Positions 49,418-63,075 of a DNA stretch of 64,000 nucleotides are shown in pieces. Within the stretch, counting starts at the first letter, position 1. Each line of letters opens with the position of its first letter. Where the stretch lies: positions 178,374,001 through 178,438,000 of the forward strand of contig NC_042997.1 of NCBI RefSeq assembly GCF_006345805.1. The letters are read 5' to 3'. The notes under the pieces were generated by a model, which had not been told where the DNA came from, made no database searches, and saw only the letters and a list, made by a program, of their open reading frames with translations. The stretch is from Octopus sinensis (taxonomy: Eukaryota). Both the position numbers and the translations under genes were made by a program.

Positions 49418-49894
49418 GAGTGAGAGAGCAATACATGCCATCAAAGTGACACTGGGGTAAAATATACGAAGCCCAGTATATCCATCATGACTACCTGTCT
49501 GATTAGGGTACACTAGGCATATGCATCACAACCATATGTGCGCGACATGGTGATCTTATATGAAGATAAACAGCACATGACCTTGCAGGGGGGGGGGCAG
49601 TTAGAATTTTCTTCTGGTCGAGTAATCCATCCCGCTCAAAAGGTCCCTGAATATGGGTTGTTTAAGGATGTTGAACGAAACACCCATGTTTCCAGAGGTA
49701 AATTATTCAAACCCCAAAGAATCGCACTCAGCAAATGGCTATGATGCTCCCCCTCTACTTCTGCCCGTGATCAGAGATGCACATATCGTCAGCCACTAAG
49801 AAACATGCTCAACTGATTAAGGTCAATCAACTGACAAACAATTATGTGGTATTGAGCAGAATATTTGCTGTAGCCCATGTTTTGTACCAAGACA
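49418..49894 (-). mobile_element. Family G element, 5'-truncated
   Basis: Longer copy than 49016-49350, again flanked by TTA repeats. Confidence 0.75.
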
Positions 49895-49949
<55 letters not shown>

Positions 49950-50619
49950 TATTTTGCTGCACAATCTTGTTGTTTATAACATCATTTGTCACCATATGAT
50001 ATTGTATCAACTACAGACAGCTGTATTTGTTTTAAATTGTTGGTGCTCGTCTATTTTAGTTCAGAGAATAATTGAATTTCATGTTTGAAGATATTTTCGC
50101 TCACGTAAATCTTGTAGATGCTTTGAGCTGTGTCATTGGTGGAAAATAGATTTCTCGGAAAAATAAATACCTGTAACAGTAACAAATATCATTCTTGCTC
50201 TCGGGGTAAAAGACAGCCTCGTGACAAATACATCTCTCTCTCACTTTCTTTCTCTCCCTCTCTCCCTCTTACGGATCTAAATGTAAAAAGAATGATCTCA
50301 AGGAAGACAACTCCGTGAAAATGCAACACCTCTCTCTCTCTCTCTCTCTCTTGCCATCTCTCTCTGAGGAAACATCACTCTTGGAGCAAAAATAAAGCTT
50401 AAAAAGAAAATTTATAGATCTGCCAGGAGCGATTTGGATGTTCACTTTCAACAAGATAAAATAAACTGTAAATCAAAACACACTCAAATATTACTAACAT
50501 TCGTTAACATTCACGGTAAAAATAATTACAAACTTTATAAATACGCATTCGAGTGGCTAAACGGTAGTGCGATGGGCGGTGTCTTTTTTTTTTTTGGTGT
50601 ATAGGTGCGTCCCTTTAGA

Positions 50620-50836
50620 GGGCGGCGAGCAGGCAGAAACGTTAGCACGCCGGACGAAATGCTTAGCGGTATTTCATCTGCCGTTACGTTCTTAGTTCAA
50701 ATTCCGCCGAGGTCGACTTTGCTTTCATCCTTTCGGGGTCGATAAATTAAGTACCAGTTGCGCACTGGGGTCGATATAATCGACTTAATCCGTTTGTCCT
50801 CTCTGTGTTTAGCCCCTTGTGGGTAGTAAAGAAATA
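50620..50836 (+). mobile_element. Family C SINE with TSD
   Basis: Flanked by ataggtgcgtc(c/t)cttta on both sides. Confidence 0.85.
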
Positions 50837-51356
50837 GGTGCGTCTCTTTACATTCTGAATTCAAGTTCGTTCGCGTCGACCTTGCCTTTCATCCACCCTC
50901 TGTCGCTAAAATAAAGACCTAGAGAAATACAAAGCGACTTGCGCCGTCTGGCGACTTACTCCATCTGGCATTCTGCCTATGTCAGAACGGATTTATGTAC
51001 GACATTAACTATATTAGTAACAATCTATGGCAACGTCTGCAAAAAATTCCTAGATATCATTTCTTCAACAGCCGTTCACCGACGAAAAAACAAAAACAAA
51101 ATAAAATAGGCAGTGAATTAGGAACCTAATTTGTCTATCGTTCTATGTTAAACAGGCTTAGCTCATAACATTTTATCTTAAAAATCCTTTCAGTATTTTA
51201 TTAACGCATTTCGCCGAGCTTGACTTTGCTTTTTATCCTTTCGTGTCAATAAAATAAGTACAAGTTGAAGATTGGGGTCGTTGTAACCGACTTACCCCCC
51301 TCTCCCGAATTTACTGGCCTTGTGCCAGAATTTTAAACCAACATTTTATCATCTTA

Positions 51357-51755
51357 AGGTGGCGAGCTGGCAGAACCGTTAGCACGACGGGCGAAATGTC
51401 AAGCCGTATTTCGTCTGCCGTTACGTTCTGAGTTCAAATTCCGTCGAGGTCGACTTTGCCTTTCATCCTTTCGGGGTCGATTAAACAAGTACCAGTTACT
51501 GGGGTCGATATAATCGACTTAATCCGTTTGTCTGTCCTTGTTTGTCCTCTCTGTGTTTAGCCCCTTGTGGGTAATAAAGAAATAGGTATTTCGTCAGCCG
51601 CTACGTTCTGAGTTCAAATTCCACCGAGGTCGACTTTGACTTTCATCCTTGCAGGGTCGATGAACTAAGTACCAGCTGAACACTGGAGTCAATGAAATCG
51701 ACTGTCACCATCTCCAGAACTTACAGGTCTTATGTCAAAATTTGAAACCAATATT
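51357..51755 (+). mobile_element. Family C SINE dimer (full unit plus headless unit)
   Basis: Junction AAAGAAATAG|GTATTTCGTC at 51586. Confidence 0.8.
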
Positions 51756-51879
51756 TTATCAACGTTTTCACATTTACAAAATATAATTTTGGGAATAATA
51801 AATATTTACATTTTCTTATTTTTTGAAATCTTTATCAAAACTTCTTTATTAATAAATTGGCATCAGTGAATACGTTAAT

Positions 51880-52417
51880 CGGTCAAATTCTAGTTGGTGA
51901 ATTTTAGTTAATCAGTGGATTGTTTGTGATAAATTGCTAACCAGTGGTTTGTAGGTGATATATTGTCGGTCGGTGAATTATCAGTCGGTATGTAATTGGT
52001 GTAGTGTTAGTCGATGAATGCTTGGTACACCAGTGATTAATGAATCGTTGCTTGCTATACTAGTGACCGGTGAATCGTTTAACGGTGCGCTGACGGTCGG
52101 TGAATTATTAGTCGGTGTAGTGTCAGTCGGTGAATTATTTGTCAGTATGTTAATGATCGGTGAATTGTTAGTCGGTGTGTTGACGGTCCGTGAATTGTTG
52201 ATCGATCTGGTGTTAATCGGTATGTCATCGGTCTTTATGTTGGTGAAAGATGAGTTGTTAGTCAGTGCTGGCCGGTATACTGTCGATCGCTGAACTCTTG
52301 GTCACTTTATTGTTAGACGTTGTCGGTTAATCGTTGATCGGTATATTTTCATTCGGTAAAGAGTTGTGGGAATCATTCGGAGGTGAACTGTTGATCGGTA
52401 AACTACTGCCGGTGAAC
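51880..52417. repeat. Degenerate 30-bp (2 x 15) minisatellite
   Basis: Units like gtcggtgaattatta-gtcggtgtagtgtca. This gives the 10-aa periodicity of ORF 52018..52293. Confidence 0.75.
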
Positions 52418-52565
52418 ATTATTTACATTATTTACATTCGACGTATATTTGTCCTCATCTTGTTTGTTGTTAACACAACGTTTCGGTTGATATACCCTCC
52501 AGCCTTCTTTAGGTGTCTTGGGGAAATTTCGAACCTGGGTTCTCATTCCTAAGGTATTTTTTCGA

Positions 52566-52596
<31 letters not shown>

Positions 52597-53280
52597 GAGT
52601 GAGAGAGCAGTGCTTACCATCAAACTGACACTGGGGTCATATATACCAAGCCCAGTATACCCATCATGACTACCCGTCTGATAAGGGTACACCAGGCACA
52701 TGCATCACAACTACATGTGCGCGACATGGTGATCTCATATCTAGATAAACAGCACATGACCTTGCAGGTGGGGCCCAGTTAGAATTTTCTTCTGGTCAAG
52801 TAACTCATCCCTCTCAAAAGGTCCCTGAATAAGGGTTGTTTAAGGATGTTGAACAAAACACCCATGTTTCCAGAGGTGAACTATTCAAACCCCAAAGAAT
52901 CCCTCTCAACACATGGCTATGATGCTCCCCCACTACCTCTACTCGTGGTTAGAGATGCAGATATCGTCAGCCACTAAGGGACATGCTCAACTGGTTAAGG
53001 TCAAACAACTGACAAGCAAATCTGTGGTATTGAGCAGAATATTTGCTGCAGCCCATGTTTTATACCAAGACAAAACAATGTACATGATAACACTTCCAAT
53101 CAGTTAAGATCAGAAGCCATGAGAGCCACTGCCTAGTACTGCATCAGGGCGTTTTATTATTATTATTACTATTATTATTATTATATTATTATTATTGTTT
53201 AGATCACTGCTTGGAATCGAACTCAGAATCTTGGGGTTAGTAGCCCGCGCTCTTAACTACTATGCCATATGCCCGTAGGC
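52418..53280 (-). mobile_element. Second family F SINE, split by a nested family G element
   Basis: tRNA head at 53196-53280 and tail at 52418-52570, with hammerhead remnant GACAC-CUAAAGA-A-GGCUG..CAACC-GAAA-CG-UU-GUGUU at 52517-52472. Confidence 0.85.
52597..53150 (-). mobile_element. Longest family G element, nested in the (AAT)n tract of family F
   Basis: Homologous to 49016-49350 and 49418-49894; TTA repeats at both ends. Confidence 0.8.
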
Positions 53281-54699
53281 TCTCTTAAATATAGAACTGT
53301 AGTACTACCGGAGAATTTTCTTCTAGCTCAGTGGCTATGTGTAAAATCCCAGAAATAATTGGTGTGATTTTGTTTTTCCTTTTTCGCTCGTAGTCTACTA
53401 TAATCAATATTTTTTAAAATTGTTTTTACAGCTTAGAGGAAGGAAGGAAAAGTCCATTAGCTTTTTCAAGGGTGCGGAGTTTGATGGGAGGAGGGAAGTT
53501 ATTTTCAGATTGAAGATGTAATCCAAATGCTTACAACACGGCACCGAAAGGCCAGGTAGTGGCGTTAAACCGGGCGACTGGTTATCTCTACCAGTCAAGA
53601 ACAGGAAAGGTTACGCCTACAGGCTTATACATAGTTTCTGTCTGATAAAAATCCTTGCGTCTGATAAAATCGTTGCGGCCCTTTACGCTCTGAGTTAAAG
53701 TCCCGTTGAGATCGACTTTGTTAGTTATCTTTCTGGGGTCAATAAACAAGTGTCAGGTAATTACCAAAGTCAATGTAATCTACAATTTTCTCATCCACAA
53801 AAATATTTGGCTTTTTGCTTGTGTAAGAAACCCACTTTCTTCTCCATTCAGAAAAAATAATCCACTTCTTCCTAGTTGAGAAATAATGCTTTCATGATAC
53901 GATGCCGATTGTTTGGGCCTTCTTCGCTTCTCTGTACCTTACCTATAAGAGATGCATTCGATTAGTCTCAACTCATTTACGTGCAAGAATAGTCCTCCAG
54001 CTTTAACTTTCATGTGATAATCATTTTAAATACTACGTTTACTATCCAGTCTCGGCTCATTCTGAGCGTGACTCAACTATTCGAGCAGCAGGCGATTTAA
54101 TCAAAGGACAGAAGTATTAGATCCTCTTTCGCGGTACAGCTCCTCATTTGACTCTTTGTTGTGCCAGAAAATGTGACAAAGTTTTCTGGAAAACACTTGT
54201 GGAAAGTATTGGTCTTATTGATATCTCCTTGTGACACACGCTAGCATTCTGAGCCATGCAGTAGCAGCGTCGAATAAAGTATATTCGTGTAAACTTATTC
54301 TTAACACGTTTGAGCACATTCATCCTATTTTATTTACTTAATTCTAGTTCAAGCAAGCTTTACACACATCAATAAGCGTACAATATACTGTTCTTATATA
54401 AGAACGAATTTATTCTTATCAGGCTACGAACGACAGATTTGGTGTTCGAAGTTGATGACACAGAAGAACGTAGAAACTATGCGTCCTACAATCCAATTCA
54501 CTGTGCAATATTTACATCGTTCCCAGTGCAATATATATTTTCACGCATATTGTCTAAAGAGCAGAATTTTCTCCTGGAACTATTTCCTCAGCGAAAGGTC
54601 TCCACGTGCGAATGTGCTCAAGATGCTAAATATGACTTTATAGTGAAGGGGTCACCAGTATAGTGAACTTGGTCACCAGTATAGTGACCAATTTCACTA

Positions 54700-55113
54700 G
54701 GCGAACTGGCAGAAACGTTAGCACGCCGGGCGAAATGCTTAGTGGTATTTCGTCTGCCGCTACGTTCTGAGTTCAAATTCCGCCGAGGTCGACTTTGCCT
54801 TTCATCCTTTCGGGGTCGATAAATTAAGTACCAGTTACGCACTGGGGTCGATGTAATCGACTTAATACCTATGTCTGTCCTTGTTTGTCCCCTCTGTGTT
54901 TAGCCCCTTGTGGGTAATAAAGAAATAGGTATTTCGTCTGCCGCTACGTTCTGAGTTCCAATTCCGCCGAGGTCGACTTTGTCTTTCATCCATTCGGGGT
55001 CGATAAATTAAGTACCAGTTACGCACTGGGGTCGATGTAATCGACTTAATCCGTTTGTCTGTCCTTGTTTGTCCCCTCTGTGTTTAGCCCCTTGTGGGTA
55101 GTGAAGAAATAAG
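54700..55113 (+). mobile_element. Family C SINE dimer
   Basis: Same junction AAAGAAATAG|GTATTTCGTC at 54929. Flanked by short ggtcaccagtatagtga repeats. Confidence 0.85.
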
Positions 55114-56403
55114 TATAGTGACTGTCCTGGGTCACCAGTATGGTGAGTTCACTATCTTCGTAGCTAATGTGAGAAACTAAGTGAAGGAACTCAAGCATGG
55201 CCGCAGCCACATTAAATAAGTGACAGTCGGATGTAGTAGAGGGAGCCTGTTAGAGGGAGCCTGTTTATTCGGCCAATCACAGACCGAATAGAACTGTAAA
55301 CTTACAGTGTCGTCTGAGTCTACTTTGAGATTAAAAATGTATGTGTTCACTAATGCTTGTACAGACAGGCTACAATTTTACGCGAACATATTTTATTCGA
55401 TGCTGTTTTGTGCAATTCTTTTCTATGTCAACGAATATTCAGTCTTGTTCGTTTATTTAGTGATTCGTTCATCCATATTTCGGTAGGTATGGTGACTGCT
55501 ATACTTCACTGATTAGGTCAAAATAAGAACGAAATCTGTTCAGTGTTGTCTGCCGTGCTTTCCTGGAAAAATGAAAATAAAATGTTAGACATTGATATCG
55601 CTTTACTTTACCTCACCGCATATTTATTCCTTACTAGTATATATTGAAATGTTCTCTGCATTAATTATGCTAATACATCTACAGTTCTCTCTCTTACTTA
55701 CCCGTCAATATTTGTCATGCTATAGTATCTCGTCATTGCATACAAATTTGTAGTTAATTGAGGATTGAATCTTTACAATAGTAACCTGCAAGTTTCCAAG
55801 TACTTTGTACATATTCAACGACTTAAACCATTGAGCGAAATCAATATCATAACTTAAGGTTTCCATATAAATGAAACAAGCTCGAGTTCTACGTTTACAA
55901 AACTCTTAACACGAAAGGGAATCTGAGATGTAATCGAAATACATAAGAAACTACAGCAATATTATAAAGATCTCTAGATTTATGCACAAAGAAAGAATAT
56001 TTATAAAACGTAGAGTTTCCACGGATTCCGCTACGTTTTAATTATTAATACATTTGCATTAGACTTCCAGGGGCTGCTTAGCTTAATGCCATAGAACACT
56101 CAACTGATATCTGAGAGGTTTCTCTGTAACCACCTGCTGACAATTTTTTTTTTAAAGGAGGTGAGATGACAGAATCGTTAGCTCGCCGAGCAAATTGCTT
56201 AGCGATACTTCTTCCGACTTTACGGTATGAGTTCAAATCCCACCGAGGTCGACTTTGCTTTTCATCCTTTCGGGGTCGATAAAATAAGTACCAGTTGAGT
56301 ACTGGGATCGATGTAATCAGCTTATCCCTCCCAAAATTTCAGGCCTTGTGCCAAAATTTGAAACCAATATTTTAGCATTAAAATCATCTTTTGTGTCTCT
56401 CCA

Positions 56404-56440
<37 letters not shown>

Positions 56441-56451
56441 CTTTGTATTGG

Positions 56452-56501
<50 letters not shown>

Positions 56502-57277
56502 TTTTATTCGTTCCAGCCATGTGGCTACGGTCAAGCTGGAACCCCATCTAAATTTTGAACTTTTACATATCATTCCTCTTTGGTGGATTTCTTTAGGGTG
56601 ATGGGACTTCATATCATTCCTGCTGCATGTACTTTTCCACTTGGTTGTTGGCCTGTTTGGTGTTTGAAGGAGTTTGACACTACTGTCCTCATATATACAT
56701 GCATATATGTACATGCCTACATATATATGTATATATACATGCATATATGGGTACAGGACATTAAAAAAAACCTTGAAAACAATGAGAAACTCAAACATAA
56801 AAACAAAAACATAGAAAACGAACTTTTTTTGGAACAACGAAAAAAGAAACAAACAGAGAAACGAGATATGCAACATAAAGAATATTCCCCTTCTTCAGTT
56901 GTCCCTGTTTCTTCTACTCCGCGTTGGAACAAGAATGCAAAACATCCGGACAGTGAGGTGATACAAAAATGGGGCTACAAAACATCCAGATAGACGATAC
57001 AAAGAAAACAAGGACGGGCCATTCGAAATTTGTTTCCTCAGTCGAGTACCAGATTATCTTCGCAATTTCGGCTGATTATACTCGAGATTGCTCCAACCTG
57101 GCCAGCCCCATGGAAAAACTAAGCTAAGAGCATTAGATTCCTTGGAAGAAAGCAGCAAATGTATACAAAAACAAGGACGAAAAAAAACGGACCATGTTAC
57201 ACAAATACAGTAAAATTAATAACAAGACATAACAACAGTTGTCTTTCGACTAAGGACGAATTAAATTAAGCTGGCAT

Positions 57278-57320
<43 letters not shown>

Positions 57321-57701
57321 TGAATTATTAAGGTGGCTATTCGCAATTTACAACCGAAAGGCAACAAATATAGTCGTCGCTAAAGAAACTGAGGGTGTTA
57401 TTTAGCATCACCATTGCTAGAAATAAGAGCCAAAACAATTCTTAGCCACGTGAGAGCACTTTTTCTAACGACTGACAAGGGAGACAATATACAAAGAATA
57501 CAAGTGGGTTGAGATTCACTACAGCTGTTTCAGACAGGTTATTGATGAATAAACTGATTACATTATGTAAAAAAAACAAAAACAAAAAAGCCTTTTTCTT
57601 CAAGTGTACTAAAAAATAAACATTTTATTTAAAATTTTAAAATTTGGTTCTAAGAATACCAAGATGCGGAACGTATGTTGGCCCTCACATTGTGACAGCA
57701 C

Positions 57702-57740
<39 letters not shown>

Positions 57741-57947
57741 GGTGGGGTGGTGGTGGTGGTGGTGGTGGTAGTAGCGGTGGTTCGTGAAAACTCGTGCTTT
57801 TTTTCTCATGGAGGCGGAGGAGAAATAGAAGGCGGAGGCGTTGTTTCGCGTGTTGAAACAAACATGTCATGATGTGAAGAATATACTAACTATAGCAATA
57901 AGTCTGATAGTTCATGTCATGATCCACCGTACCTTTCTTTCTTTCCT

Positions 57948-57994
<47 letters not shown>

Positions 57995-57996
57995 CC

Positions 57997-58064
<68 letters not shown>

Positions 58065-58659
58065 AGCAGCAAAATCTCCTCATAAAAAACAAACACATAG
58101 CAAAGAAAAAACAACAAAAAAAAAACAAGAAAAAAACACACCACCAAACACACAAAAAAATAACAACTGCAACACAACGACATCAAGATGGAAGTTATCG
58201 TTCAGACATATTTTCTGTAACATTGATTGGATTAATTATGAAGCGGCTCCAAAATGTCACTGATTAATAAATGTTATTGGATACATAATGGCGTGATAAG
58301 TTGATGGTGGTGGTGGTGGTGGAAGTGTTAGTGGTTGTGGTGGTGGTGTTAGTAGTGGTGGTAGTAGTATTAGTGGCGGTGGTAGAGTTGTTGTGAGAGT
58401 AGTATTCTAGAGGTGGTGTTAGCGTTGTTGCTGGTAGTGCAATGGTGGTAGAGGTATTGGTAGAGATGTAGTGGTTGTGGTAGTAGTGTTAGTAGTGGTA
58501 GAAGTAGTGAACCATTGAGATTGAATTTATTATCTGGCTTGGTACGTTTTCTTTATTTGTTTTTGGTTTTTCATTTCTCTTCCATAATTTTATATTTTTG
58601 TTATCAACAAATCCTTCCTTCCTTCCTTCTTCCTATCTCTCTTGCTCTCCTCTCTTTCT

Positions 58660-59280
58660 ACCTCTCCTTCACTATTTTCGATTCCCTCTCCTTCTCTCAT
58701 TCACTCTCCTTCACTATTTCCGATTCCTTCTCCTTCTCTCATTCACTCTTATTCGCATTCCTCATTTATTCTACTCAATCTCCTTCTTTCCTTTACCTCC
58801 ACTTCTTCCTTTCTATCTCTCCTTCACTATTTCCGATTCCTTCTCCTTTTCTCATTCACTCTTATTCACATTCCTTATTTATCCTACTAAATCTTCTTTC
58901 CTCCACCTTCACTTCTTCCTGTCTATCATTCCTTCACTATTTTCGATTCATTCTCCTTCTCTCATTCACATTCCTCATTTATCCTATCCAATCTCCTTCT
59001 TTCCTCTACTTTCACTTCTTCCTTTCTACCTTTCCTTCACTATTTTCGGTTCCTTCTCCTTCTCTCATTCACTCTTATTCACATTCCTCATTTATTCTAC
59101 CCAATCTCCTTCTTTCCTCTACCTTCACTTCTTCCTTTCTATCTTTCCTTCACTATTTTTGATTCATTCTCCTTTCATTCATTCTTATTTATATTCCTAA
59201 TTCCTCCTACCCCATCTCCTTTTTTCTTCTACTTTCACTTCTTCCTTTCTATCTTTCCTTCACTATTTTCAATTCTCTCT
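58660..59280. repeat. ~110-bp polypyrimidine minisatellite (about 5.5 units)
   Basis: ccttcactat recurs at 58708, 58821, 58931, 59034, 59147 and 59257 (spacings 113, 110, 103, 113, 110). Confidence 0.85.
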
Positions 59281-59389
59281 CTCTCTCTCTCTCTCTCTTT
59301 CATTCTCTCATACTCATTATTCCCTCATTCCTCCAATCCAATCTCATTCTTTTCTCTATCTTTCTCTCATTTCTCATAAAGTTTTACAA

Positions 59390-59445
59390 GAGTGAAACAA
59401 ACAAACAAGACCACCACCACCACCACCACCACCACCACCACCACC

Positions 59446-59477
<32 letters not shown>

Positions 59478-59722
59478 CAACAACAACAGCAGCAGCAGCA
59501 ACAACAACAGCAACAGCAACAGCAACAACAGCAGCAGCAATAGCAAAAATAATAAAGAAAAGATAAAACAGACGAAGAATAAAGAAAATCTGGCAATTTC
59601 AAAACTTGATTGCTAAGCAGAACTGATTCTTATTCAGTATCATCATCATCATGGTTATCATCATCATCGTCATCATCGTCATCATCGTCATCATCGTCAT
59701 CATCGTCATCATCATCATCATT

Positions 59723-59764
<42 letters not shown>

Positions 59765-60090
59765 GTCATCATCGTCACCATCGTCTTTCTTCTTGATTGC
59801 TAAGCAGAACTGATTCTTATTCAGTATCATCATCATCATGGTTATCATCATCATGGTTATCATCATCCTCATCGTTATCATCATCATCATCATCGTCATC
59901 ATCATCGTCATCATCATCGTCACCATCGTCTCGACGTCGTCATTGTCGTCGTCGTCGTTACCATCATTCTCGTCATTGTTGTCATCGTATCGTTGTCATC
60001 GTCACCGTCGTTATCATCAGAATCGTCGATATCGTGATAGCGTTGGTGGTGGTGGTCATCATCATCATCATCGTCGTCGTCATCATCATC

Positions 60091-60142
<52 letters not shown>

Positions 60143-60701
60143 ACCGTATGTCCTCATCATTGTCTTGATCATCGTTGTCGTCGTTACCATCAACAAAAAT
60201 CTCACCACCACCACCACCACCACCACCACCACCACCACCACCACCACCACCACCACCACCACTGCCGCTGTCACCGCCACCACCACCGCCACCGCCTTCG
60301 CCTCCGCCGCCTCCATCATCACCATCTCTCTCACCATCATCAATGTCATCACCGCTAAATTTAGTATGCTATCAATCACGAGTTAATATGAAAGAAACTT
60401 TACGTGGTCGTTTGATCTGCTAGACATACTAACCAAACGTCCTGCAAACCATGCTCTAGCGCATCAAGAACAAGAAGAACGCTTTATTTGTTTCAGTTAT
60501 TGGACGGCAGCCAATCTGAGGCACCGCCTGCAAAGTTATAGTCGTAGAAATTGACTGCGATGCTTATTTTAAAACTCCGCTGCTAATTCTATCGGGTTCT
60601 TTTGCCGAACTGTTAAGTTACGAGAACGTAGACGGCACAACACCAGTTCTGAAGTGGTGGTGGAGACATGTTACAAAACACACACACACACACACACACG
60701 T

Positions 60702-60753
<52 letters not shown>

Positions 60754-61724
60754 GCAGGCACAAACATGCACACACATTCCAATATATCTTATTGTTTCAT
60801 ATTGTATGTGTGTGTGTGTTTTATATAATATATTATATATATATAATATATATATATATATTATATATATGTTCGACTCTAGAACTTACTTTTTTAAAGC
60901 CTAGTACTTATTCCATCGTTTTGTTTTCCCGAACCGCTAATTTAGAAGAAGTAAACCACCCCACACCGGTTGTCAAGTGGTGATAGGGGTCAAACACACA
61001 CAAGACATACACAGATATGAATGCATAAACATATACAAACATATACAAATATATATATATATATATATATATATGTGGGGATATTGTAGAAAACACTTGC
61101 CCAAGGTGCCGCGCAGTGGATATGAACCTAAGACCACATGGTTGGGAAGCAAGCATCTTAATCACACAAGTACTCCTATGCCTTACAAATAAAATAACAG
61201 GGCTGGCTTGCGGCTAAACAAAAAGATTTCGAAAATAGCGTAATTCTCATTATTACATCCTTTACCACCATGACCGGCAACCACATACCACCAATACCAC
61301 CACCACCACCACCACCACCACCACTTCTACTTATACTATTACCGTCGCTGCCGCCGCCGCCAACACCAACAGCACTAGCACCACCATCACCACAACCACC
61401 ACTCCTACTAACACCATTAGCGTCGACGCCACCGCTGCCGCCAACACCACCAGCACTATAGCACCACGGCCGCCTTCACCGCTATCGCTACTGCTGCCGC
61501 CACCTCTGTCCTCACCGCCGCCGTCACCGCTGCCATCTTCTCCGCCATCACCGCTGCCATCTTCTCCGCCATCGCCACCATTGCCGCCGTCGCCGCCATC
61601 GCCACCACTACCACCACTACAACCACCGCCGCCACCACCACCACCACCACCACCACCACCACCACCACCACCGCCACCACCACCACCACCACCGCCGCCA
61701 CCACCACTACTACCACCACCATCG

Positions 61725-61755
<31 letters not shown>

Positions 61756-61900
61756 CATCATCGTCATCATCACCACCACCACCATCATCATCATCGCGAA
61801 TTCCACGACTACGGTTACCAATACGACCATTGCCGTCATCATGGACGTCTTTCAATTCACGACAATAACCAGCGTTACGGCTACCAACATCTCTGATTCA
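59390..61900. repeat. Compound trinucleotide microsatellite zone (ACC, AAC, AGC, CAT, CGT, CCG), interrupted by SINE B remnants
   Basis: Direct reading. It produces homopolymeric ORFs in all frames. Confidence 0.9.
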
Positions 61901-62701
61901 CCACACTAATTCTCTCTCATTTTCCTTCACCTTCTTGTTTCCTAATCCTCTCTGTACATCCTCCCTCTCTCTCTCTCTTTCTCTGTCTCTCATACTTGTC
62001 CTCATCTTTCTTGTTCTCCCACCCCGCTCTCTCTCTCTCTCTTTGCCTTTCTCTCGTGTTTAGTCCTCCTTCAACAAGACCGCTATCGATAGTCATGTAA
62101 CCAAAGATACCTTGACATTTTTCGCTGTAGTCTCTTCTTCATACAATGAACCACAATTGTAAAAGTCAACAGTAGAGAGAGAGAGAGAGAGAGAGAGAGG
62201 GATAGAGAGAGAGAAGAAGAGAGGGATAGAGGGAGAGAAGGAATGAGGGATAGAGGGATAGAGGGAGAAAGATAGAGAAGAGAGAAGGGGTGAGAAAGAG
62301 AGGGAAGTGGGATGGGAAAGACTACGAAAAGAAGGGAACGGAAAAAGGAGAGAAACGTATGTACGTTTACACACATACACACACACACATGCACACACAC
62401 GCGCGCATACACACAACACACATTCATACACATGTTCACACACACATGTACACACACACTCATACACAGAAAATATGCTTACAAGAGTACAAGCACAAAC
62501 ATACACACACACGTATACATATATCTATATAATATGCTTAGATAAAATTACATATATACGTTTATACACACGCATATGCATGTATATATATATGCATATA
62601 TACATACAGGTATATATGTATATATGTATATCTATATCTAGCTCTCTGTCTCTTTCTCTCTCTGTCTCTCTGTCTCTGTCTGTCTGTCTCTCTCTCTCTC
62701 T

Positions 62702-62748
<47 letters not shown>

Positions 62749-62870
62749 CTACATATATATATATATGTATGTATATATATGCATGTATATATATGCATAT
62801 ATACATACAAGTATATATGTATATATGTATATCTATATCTAGCTCTCTGTCTCTTTCTCTCTGTCTCTGG

Positions 62871-62910
<40 letters not shown>

Positions 62911-63026
62911 CTACATATATATATATATGTATGTATATATATGCATGTATATATATGCATATATAAATACAAGTATATATGTATATATGTATATCTATAT
63001 CTAGCTCTCTGTCTCTTTCTCTCTCG

Positions 63027-63075
<49 letters not shown>

